Below, in pieces: positions 1 to 5,956 of a stretch of 31,753 bases of DNA. Made by a program: the position numbers and the translations under genes. The first letter of the stretch is position 1, and every line of letters begins with the position of its first letter. The notes below the pieces were generated by a model. The model made no database searches, was not told where the DNA came from, and saw only the letters and a list, made by a program, of their open reading frames with translations. The stretch is from an uncultured Conexibacteraceae bacterium (GTDB lineage: Bacteria > Actinomycetota > Thermoleophilia > Solirubrobacterales > 70-9): contig CAZQET010000376.1 in the NCBI GenBank assembly GCA_964591825.1, forward strand, positions 1 through 31,753, written 5' to 3'.

Positions 1-152
1 AACCCGTCGAAGATCTTCTCCTTGCCGGCATAGAAGAACAGCACGCCGACGAGGAGGTAGACGCCGGCAAGCACCAGCCCGTAGACGACCCCGTCCTCCC
101 AGCGCATCGCCTGCCTCCCCGGCGGGTGTTTTACAGCCCCACGTGCCTCCAT
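1..152 (-). CDS. DoxX-like membrane protein, N-terminal part (runs off the left edge)
   Basis: Not in the ORF track. Manual translation from ATG at 152, with AGGAGG 6 nt upstream, gives MEARGAVKHPPGRQAMRWEDGVVYGLVLAGVYLLVGVLFFYAGKEKIFDG. A hydrophobic helix followed by F-x-x-x-G-x-x-K resembles the first DoxX helix. Alternative in-frame ATG at 107. Confidence 0.6.
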   Translation of the reverse strand, partial: MEARGAVKHPPGRQAMRWEDGVVYGLVLAGVYLLVGVLFFYAGKEKIFDG

Positions 153-242
153 GCCGAACCTCCTAACGGTCGATTACTCGATGCCTTCGACCGTAACCGG
201 GACCTGCCCACGTGTCCACCGACGCATCCCGCGTCCCAACGG

Positions 243-260
243 CTAGATGAAGTACATGCC
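243..260 (-). repeat. att-core-like direct repeat, distal copy (duplicate of the rrf2 3' end, reads GMYFI-stop)
   Basis: Reverse complement GGC ATG TAC TTC ATC TAG versus GGC ATG TAC TTC ATT TAG in rrf2; the single difference is synonymous. Confidence 0.85.
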
Positions 261-278
261 GAGTCGCGGCGCGCAATC

Positions 279-293
279 CCGCATGAGCAAGCG
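279..293. repeat. Shared end motif CCGCATGAGCAAGCG (left copy)
   Basis: 13/15 identical to CCGCTTGAACAAGCG at 928-942; lies between the core repeat and the tandem 10-mers. Confidence 0.6.
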
Positions 294-306
294 ATTTGCC
301 GTTTCC

Positions 307-339
307 GTGCGCCTGTTATGCGCCAGTTGGTGCGCCAGT
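307..339 (+). repeat. Three tandem 10-mers, arm-type-site-like (GTGCGCCTGT, ATGCGCCAGT, GTGCGCCAGT)
   Basis: Copies at 307-316, 318-327 and 330-339, spaced 11-12 bp apart. Confidence 0.75.
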
Positions 340-391
340 AAGCACCGCGCCAGCCGCGCGGGCGGCTTCTTCATCCCGCTCTCTTTGAGCT

Positions 392-607
392 TCACGCGGG
401 CGTTAGCGGTCGATCCGTCAACGTCGCCGTGGCGACGTGCAGTGGGCCGCTCTCCCCGCCCTCGTCAGCTATATAGAGGGCGACTCCCTCTTGTAGAGAT
501 TCAAAAAGCTCGTCAAGAGTGTCCCCGGAGGCGAAGCAGCCGGGCAACTCCGGAACGTCGGCCCAGTAGCTGCCGTCCTCGATATGGATACGCGCGGTTA
601 GCTCCAT
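392..607 (-). CDS. hicB: HicB-family antitoxin, short form (71 aa)
   Basis: EDGSYWADVPELPGCFASGDTLDELFESLQEGVALY is the typical HicB N-terminal partial RNase H fold signature; lies directly downstream of hicA; no C-terminal DNA-binding domain. Confidence 0.9.
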   Translation of the reverse strand: MELTARIHIEDGSYWADVPELPGCFASGDTLDELFESLQEGVALYIADEGGESGPLHVATATLTDRPLTPA

Positions 608-620
608 AGGTGAAGTTCCT

Positions 621-815
621 TCATCTTAGCTCTGCCTGTTTGAGAATCGCCTGGGCCAAGCCAGTTGGGTAGTCGCGCCCCTTGTGCTGCGGGAGCGTGA
701 TCGGACGACGGCCGGGCTTGGTCATCTTGACCTGATGCTTGCCCCCGCGAGCCTGCGTCCAGCCATTTTCCTTCAACAGCTTGATCGCCTTCTTCTGACT
801 CAGCGTGCCCTTCAT
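621..815 (-). CDS. hicA: HicA-family toxin (mRNA interferase, dsRBD fold)
   Basis: 64-aa basic protein with LLKENGW..RGGKHQVKM.KPGRRPITLPQHKGRDYPTGLAQAILKQA; the conserved His motif (GKH for GSH) is intact. Confidence 0.9.
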   Translation of the reverse strand: MKGTLSQKKAIKLLKENGWTQARGGKHQVKMTKPGRRPITLPQHKGRDYPTGLAQAILKQAELR

Positions 816-870
816 CGACCCGAGCGACGGTAGCCCTCAGTGCGGCGGAAACGTTTCGGCAGCGTGCCTC

Positions 871-891
871 ATGCGCCACTGGTGCGCCAGT
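871..891 (+). repeat. Two tandem 10-mers, arm-type-site-like (ATGCGCCACT, GTGCGCCAGT)
   Basis: Copies at 871-880 and 882-891; same motif and orientation as 307-339. Confidence 0.75.
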
Positions 892-927
892 ACGACCGGA
901 AATAACCGGACTCAGCCGGGGTGCGAA

Positions 928-943
928 CCGCTTGAACAAGCGG
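928..943. repeat. Perfect palindrome CCGCTTG-AA-CAAGCGG (right copy of the shared end motif)
   Basis: 7+2+7 palindrome between the tandem 10-mers and the core repeat; mirrors the placement of 279-293. Confidence 0.6.
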
Positions 944-968
944 AATCGCAAGGCCCATGCGGCTCGCT

Positions 969-986
969 CTAAATGAAGTACATGCC
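969..986 (-). repeat. att-core-like direct repeat, proximal copy (last five codons plus stop of rrf2)
   Basis: See 243-260. Confidence 0.85.
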
Positions 987-1367
987 CGAGCCGGCGGCCT
1001 CGGCTTCGCGGCGGGCGACCTCGGCGATCGTCGTCTGGGCGAAGACCTTGCGCAGGGCTGTGACGCCCTCGGCCCAGATGCCGCCGGCCTCGTCGGCCTC
1101 CTGCCCGACCTTGCCGTCGAGCGCCTGGACCACCTCCAGCACGGAGATCTCCTCGGCTGGGCGAGCGAGCGTGTAGCCGCCTCGCATGCCGCGGTGGCTG
1201 GTGAGCAGGCCGGCGCGGCGCAGCGTCGAGAAGAGCTGCTCGAGGAACTGCTCGGGGATGCCGCGACGCTCGGCCAGCTCCTTGATCGGCACCGGGCGCT
1301 CGCCCGAGCCCGCCAGCTCCGCCATCGCGACCACTGCGTAGCGCGACTTCGAGGTGATCGAGATCAC
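969..1367 (-). CDS. Rrf2-family transcriptional regulator (no Cys ligands, CymR-like)
   Basis: ITSKSRYAVVAMAELA...IPEQFLEQLFSTLRRAGLLTSHRGMRGGYTLARPAEEISVLEVVQALDG is the Rrf2 winged-HTH signature; no cysteines. Confidence 0.95.
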   Translation of the reverse strand: MISITSKSRYAVVAMAELAGSGERPVPIKELAERRGIPEQFLEQLFSTLRRAGLLTSHRGMRGGYTLARPAEEISVLEVVQALDGKVGQEADEAGGIWAEGVTALRKVFAQTTIAEVARREAEAAGSGMYFI

Positions 1368-1470
1368 CCGAATTTTCTACCGCACCGATCGGACCCGGCT
1401 GGGTTAGGATCGGTTCGGGCTCCAGGGCTGACGATGGAGCCGTCGCCGAACCTCGGAAATCGGAGCAGTC

Positions 1471-2094
1471 CTGAGCGAGCGTCCACAGTGCCTAGTCGTC
1501 GACGGTCATCCGATCGTTCGGATCGGGATGCGCCGCGCGCTTCAGGATCGCTTCGAGGTCCAGGAGGCCGACAGCCGAAGCGAGGCCGTGGACCTGATTC
1601 GCGACGTGGGCAGCTTCGACGTCGCGATCGTCGAAATGCGCCGTGGGCTCGACGAGGCGGATCCGCCGAGACTGGATGGCACCGAGGCGATCAGGGCGAT
1701 GCTCAAGTCCGAACCTGGCATCGGCATCGTCGCGCACGGCGAGCGCGCCGAGCGCCACCTCGCCAGCGCAGCCCTGCAGGCGGGCGCCGCGGCCTACATC
1801 TCCAGGACAGCGGACAGCGACCATCTGCTGCGCGCCGCCCAGGCGGCGCTGGCCCAGGAACGCTTCGTTGACCCCGACGTGCCGCCGCGCGGCAGTCGCG
1901 GCAAGCTGACCAAGCGCCAGCGCGAAATCCTCCAGCTCCTCGCCAACGGCGAATCGACCACCGTCGCCGCCCGCGAGCTCGACCTCAGCGAAGAGACGGT
2001 CAAGACCCACACCAAGAACGCCCTCGCGCGACTGGGCGCCCGCAACCGAACCCACGCCGTGGCGATCGCCCTGCGCGAGTCCTTGATCGAGTAG
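1471..2094 (+). CDS. NarL/LuxR-type response regulator with atypical receiver domain; start uncertain
   Basis: C-terminal LTKRQREILQLLANGEST..AARELDLSEETVKTHTKNALARLG is a LuxR HTH. The receiver beta1-alpha1 (CLVVDGHPIVRIGMRRAL) lies upstream of the called ATG at 1528 in the same open frame. The only plausible in-frame start is CTG 1471, 5 nt after GGAG. Confidence 0.85.
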   Translation: MSERPQCLVVDGHPIVRIGMRRALQDRFEVQEADSRSEAVDLIRDVGSFDVAIVEMRRGLDEADPPRLDGTEAIRAMLKSEPGIGIVAHGERAERHLASAALQAGAAAYISRTADSDHLLRAAQAALAQERFVDPDVPPRGSRGKLTKRQREILQLLANGESTTVAARELDLSEETVKTHTKNALARLGARNRTHAVAIALRESLIE

Positions 2095-2098
2095 CCGC

Positions 2099-2194
2099 GG
2101 CCCGCGGGTCCTGTCGCCGCAGGGGACCCCCCACCCCCTGCGGTCGCTAAAGCGTCCTCGGGGGCGGGCCCCCCTACGGCGCCACCCGCGGGAG
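2099..2194 (+). repeat. 96-bp GC-rich palindromic repeat, copy 1
   Basis: GGCCCGCGGGTCCTG...CACCCGCGGGAG; 87/96 ungapped identity to 28974-29069 by manual alignment. Confidence 0.9.
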
Positions 2195-2293
2195 CAGCCA
2201 CAGACAAGGACCCGCGTAGTCCGCTACGGCGAGGAGACGCTCGCACAGGCGGTCCCAGTCGCTGATGGCGACAGCTTCTAGGGACGAACGCCT

Positions 2294-2392
2294 CTCCCGC
2301 GGGTGACGCGGTGGCGGGGGTCCCCCATAGCGGAGGACGCCGAAGGCGTCCGAGCACATGGGGGATGGCCGCCGCGGCAGGACCCGCGGGCC
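2294..2392 (-). repeat. Inverted, diverged copy 2 of the 96-bp repeat (99 bp)
   Basis: Reverse complement begins GGCCCGCGGGTCCTGCCGCGGC (20/22 with copy 1), retains GCGTCCTC internally and ends CACCCGCGGGAG. Confidence 0.75.
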
Positions 2393-2406
2393 AGATACGT
2401 CCGTCC

Positions 2407-3486
2407 TTAGATCCAGCCGCGATCTCGGGCGGTTAGTACCGCCTGCGCCCGGTCGACGGCGCCGATCTTGCCGTAGACGTTGTGCAGGTGCGTGCGGATG
2501 GTCGAGACGGAGAGCTGCATTTCTCCAGCGATCTGCTTGTAGACCATGCCCTCGGAGAGATGACGCAGGACGTCGAGCTCACGAGCCGAGAGCGGGCAGG
2601 GCTCGGTCACGCGTGAGACATCGCTGCGGGCATAGGGAAGCTGGTAGAGCAGGTCGCGCAGGGCGTCGGGGCTGAGGCCGCATCGTTTCGCCGCCGCGTG
2701 CAACCGTTCTGGCGATACCGCCTCACCCTGGCTGTAGTGGGCGACCATGTCGGCGGTGGCGACGAGAGCGGCGAGGCCCTCGGCGTCGTCGGCGTGGTGG
2801 CGCTCGATCGCCACCGCGATCCGCTGCGGCAGGTTCCAGCGCCGTGCCAGCACGCCACCGACGAGCGCGTGGTCGATGCCGAGGCGCTCGCGTTCCTCGC
2901 GCAGGCGCTGCTCCGGAGCCTTGGAGACGGCCTCGAGCGCGCCCCGGTCGCCCGGGTGGAGATTGCAGATGACCAGTCGACCGACGTCGTGCAGCAGCGA
3001 GGCGACGGCCAGTTCGTCACGATCCTCCCAACCGATCGCGCGACCTATTTCATCGGCGGCCTGCTGCGTCGCCAGGGCGTGGACGCGGAAGCGCTCCGGG
3101 CGCATCTCGCGTCCGCCGTTGCTCTCGAAGAAATCAAAGACGGGCGCGGTGCCGGCGATGGCGAGCACGCCGGAGGACTTGAGAGCGTCGATCGCCGCCG
3201 GAACGGTGCCGATGCTGCCGACCGGCACCGCGGTGCGGTTGGCGAAGCGCAGCACCGCAATCGAGAGACCGACGTCCGCCTCGACCGCTTCGATCAAATC
3301 GGTGACCCGGCCGGTCTCCGCCGTGGCCGCCTGCATCACCCTTGCCCGCGACTCCAAGAGGACGGGGAATTTCTCCACCGCCTCGAAGGCGGCGGCGAGG
3401 CGCGCTCCGGGGGCGGGACGAGCGCCGCCCTTGCTGGCCTCGCCGGGCTTGGTCTTGCCGTTGGTATGGGGTTTCGTGGTCTCCAT
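2407..3486 (-). CDS. HDOD-domain + LuxR HTH transcriptional regulator
   Basis: HDOD motifs DVGLSIAVLRFAN, ASLLHDVGRLV and DHALVGGVLARRWNLP..IAVAIERHH; C-terminal LSARELDVLRHLSEGMVYKQIAGEMQLSVSTIRTHLHNVYGKIG. Start moved to ATG 3486 (AAGGAG upstream). Confidence 0.9.
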   Translation of the reverse strand: METTKPHTNGKTKPGEASKGGARPAPGARLAAAFEAVEKFPVLLESRARVMQAATAETGRVTDLIEAVEADVGLSIAVLRFANRTAVPVGSIGTVPAAIDALKSSGVLAIAGTAPVFDFFESNGGREMRPERFRVHALATQQAADEIGRAIGWEDRDELAVASLLHDVGRLVICNLHPGDRGALEAVSKAPEQRLREERERLGIDHALVGGVLARRWNLPQRIAVAIERHHADDAEGLAALVATADMVAHYSQGEAVSPERLHAAAKRCGLSPDALRDLLYQLPYARSDVSRVTEPCPLSARELDVLRHLSEGMVYKQIAGEMQLSVSTIRTHLHNVYGKIGAVDRAQAVLTARDRGWI

Positions 3487-3617
3487 TGAGCGAAAACTCC
3501 TTGACCGCCTCATCGGCAGCAAAGGACGCACGGTTTAGCGGAGCCATCCCCAAAATTAAGGTCGAGAATCTAGTCATTTGTCCATTTGGGTGGACCAAAA
3601 CGGTTCTCGTTGTCCCG

Positions 3618-4979
3618 TCAGGCCGTGATCCGGGCAAGCGCCGCGTCGATACGGAGCAACGACTCCTCGCGCCCGAGAGCTGCCAGGGACTCGAAGATCC
3701 CGGGCGAGACCGAGGTGCCGGTGATCGCCACCCGGATCGGCTGGTAGACGCGTCCCGGCTTGGTCCCGAGGATGTCCGGGATCGGACTCAGCGCCGCCTC
3801 GATCGCCTCGACATCGAACTCGCACGCCTGCAGCGCCTCTCGCGCCGCCTGCAGCGCCGGCTCGGCACCATCCTTCATCACCTTGGCCCACGCCTTCGGG
3901 TCCTCGACGGGCGGCTCGAAGAGGAAACGAATCAGCACCCAGACCTCCTCGAGGGTCTGGGCTTTCTCCTGGGCAATCGCGCAGGCTGCGCGCAGCCGCT
4001 CGTCGAGCTCGCGACCCAGATGATCGGCGACCGCGGCCGCGTACTCGTCCAGCGGCATCTCGCGCATGAAGCGCCCGTTCAGCCAGCGCAGCTTCTTCTC
4101 GTCGAAGATCGCCGCGGCGCGGCCGACGTCCTCGACCTCGAAGCGCCGCACCAGCTCCTCGGTCCTCATCACCGTGGTGTCGTCGTCCGTGCCCCAGCCG
4201 AGCAGGGCCAGGTAGTTGCGCACGGCGGCCGGAAGGTAGCCAGCCTCACGCAGCTCCTGCACGGATGCCGCGCCATGGCGCTTGGAGAGCTTCTTGCCGT
4301 CAGGACCGTGCAGGAGCGGCAGGTGCGCGTAGCGCGGCGGCTCGTGCCCGAGCGCAGCGAGGACGAGCAGCTGCTTGGGGGTGTTGGAGAGGTGGTCGTC
4401 GCCCCGCACCACCTCGGTGATGCCCATCTCGGCGTCGTCGACCGCGACGGCGAAGTTGTAGAGCACCGAGCCGTCGCCGCGGGCGATGACGAAGTCGTCG
4501 TAGCTGCGGTTGGGGAAGCTGACCGGCCCGCGGATCAGGTCGTGCACCACCGTCTCCCCCTCGTCGGGCACCCGCAGGCGCACCGCCGCACCCGGCGCGT
4601 CGGTCGGCTCGCCGCGATATCCCCGATCCGCCCCGTGCTCGGCCTTCCAGGCCTCGACGTCCCTGGCGGTGGCCGCGTCGGGGTATGCCGCCCCCGATTC
4701 GAGCAGCTCCTGCAGAGCCTCCGCATGTCGCTCGGCCCGCCCGGCCTGCGAGACCGGGCCCTCGTCCCAGTCCAGCTCCAGCCACTCCATCGCGTCGATG
4801 ATCTGCGCCACGTTCTCCTCGGTCGAGCGCTCGCGATCGGTGTCCTCGATCCGCAGCACCAGCTCCCCTCCGCCGTGACGAGCGGCAAGCCAGTTGTAGA
4901 GCGCGGTCCGCGCACCACCGATATGCAGGGCGCCGGTGGGCGACGGAGCGAATCTGAGGCGGAGCGAGGAGTCAGACAC
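3618..4979 (-). CDS. gltX: Glutamate--tRNA ligase
   Basis: RFAPSPTGALHIGGARTALYNWL, LRIEDTDRERS and KLSKR class I motifs. Start estimated at GTG 4979; alternatives at 4997 and 5006. Confidence 0.95.
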   Translation of the reverse strand: MSDSSLRLRFAPSPTGALHIGGARTALYNWLAARHGGGELVLRIEDTDRERSTEENVAQIIDAMEWLELDWDEGPVSQAGRAERHAEALQELLESGAAYPDAATARDVEAWKAEHGADRGYRGEPTDAPGAAVRLRVPDEGETVVHDLIRGPVSFPNRSYDDFVIARGDGSVLYNFAVAVDDAEMGITEVVRGDDHLSNTPKQLLVLAALGHEPPRYAHLPLLHGPDGKKLSKRHGAASVQELREAGYLPAAVRNYLALLGWGTDDDTTVMRTEELVRRFEVEDVGRAAAIFDEKKLRWLNGRFMREMPLDEYAAAVADHLGRELDERLRAACAIAQEKAQTLEEVWVLIRFLFEPPVEDPKAWAKVMKDGAEPALQAAREALQACEFDVEAIEAALSPIPDILGTKPGRVYQPIRVAITGTSVSPGIFESLAALGREESLLRIDAALARITA

Positions 4980-5020
4980 GGGCGCGCATGTTTCCACAGC
5001 GACCATAGGATGCGTGACCG

Positions 5021-5884
5021 ATGCTGATCGGTGCCCATGTCTCAACGGCCGGCGGGCTCAACAAGGCGATCGAGCGGGGAACCGAGCGCGGTTGCGAATC
5101 GATTCAGATCTTCAATCAGAGCCCGCGCATGTGGCGCCCGACCAAATACGGGCCGGATGACTTCACCGCCTTCAAAGAGGCCATGGCCGACTCACCAGTC
5201 GAAGCGGTGGTGATCCACGCCGTCTACCTGATCAACTGCGCGACCAAAGACGGCGAGCTGCGCAAGAAGTCGCTCGCGTCTCTCACCCACGCCCTGCGAA
5301 TCGGCGACCAGATAGGCGCCGCGGGCGTGGTCCTCCATCCCGGCGCTCAGAAGGGCGAGGCGCTCAGCCCGTCGATGAAACGCGCCGCGAAGGTGATCGC
5401 CGCGGCGCTCAAGGACTCCGACAGCTGCCCGCTCCTGCTGGAGCAGACCGCCGGCCACAAAGGGCTGCTCGGCCGCGACTTCGACCAGACCGCCGAGCTG
5501 ATCGACCTCGCCGGCGGCGGCAAGCGCCTCGGTCTCTGCCTCGACTCCTGCCATCTCTTCGTGCAGGGCTTCGACGTCACCGACGAGGCCCATCTGGCCG
5601 CGATCGTCGACGAAGCCGACGCCAAGGTCGGCCTCGAGCGCCTCCGCTGCCTCCACGTCAACGACGCCGCAGCCCCGCTCGGCTCCTGCCGCGACCGCCA
5701 CGCCAACATCGGCACGGGCGAGATGGGCAAGCGCGGCCTGGAGGCCTTCCTCTCCGAGCCCCGCTTCGAGGGCCTGCCGGCAACGCTTGAGACCCCAGGG
5801 CCCGTCAAGAAAGGTCCCGACCGCAGCGAAGTGCTGGCAGCCAAGCGGCTCCGAAAAGCAGGCTTGAAACGGCGCCAGCGTTAG
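5021..5884 (+). CDS. nfo: Deoxyribonuclease IV (AP endonuclease family 2)
   Basis: IGAHVSTAGG, HAVYLINCA, VVLHPG, LLLEQTAG, CLDSCH, LHVND, DRHANIG and LETP metal-binding motifs; TAGGAT -10-like hexamer 9 nt upstream. Confidence 0.95.
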   Translation: MLIGAHVSTAGGLNKAIERGTERGCESIQIFNQSPRMWRPTKYGPDDFTAFKEAMADSPVEAVVIHAVYLINCATKDGELRKKSLASLTHALRIGDQIGAAGVVLHPGAQKGEALSPSMKRAAKVIAAALKDSDSCPLLLEQTAGHKGLLGRDFDQTAELIDLAGGGKRLGLCLDSCHLFVQGFDVTDEAHLAAIVDEADAKVGLERLRCLHVNDAAAPLGSCRDRHANIGTGEMGKRGLEAFLSEPRFEGLPATLETPGPVKKGPDRSEVLAAKRLRKAGLKRRQR

Positions 5885-5903
5885 CATCGATTCAACCCGT
5901 GCT

Positions 5904-5932
5904 GTATTGACCATCTATGCCATGGTCAATAC
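5904..5932. terminator. Hairpin between convergent nfo and acyl-CoA dehydrogenase (possible bidirectional terminator)
   Basis: GTATTGACCAT-7 nt-ATGGTCAATAC, perfect 11-bp stem; no clear U-tract. Confidence 0.55.
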
Positions 5933-5956
5933 GGAAACCGTTGGCAGGTATCGCGG

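Larger units (their letters stand above)
243..986. mobile_element. Non-autonomous or decayed mini integrative element carrying hicAB, inserted in the 3' end of rrf2
   Basis: Bounded by direct repeats CTAGATGAAGTACATGCC (243-260) and CTAAATGAAGTACATGCC (969-986), 17/18 identical; the second encodes the end of rrf2. Tandem RTGCGCC-core 10-mers lie near both ends. The cargo is a TA pair and no integrase ORF is present. Confidence 0.75.

Noticed and set aside
243-420. Open minus-strand frame (...KESGMKKPPARLARCLLAHQLAHNRR...APRLGMYFI-stop) as a possible integrase remnant
   Set aside because: No tyrosine-recombinase catalytic motifs are visible; the LAHQLAH text is simply the translation of the tandem 10-mers.
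421-438. Palindrome ACGTCGCC-GT-GGCGACGT inside hicB
   Set aside because: Short, GC-rich and within coding sequence; no second line of evidence.
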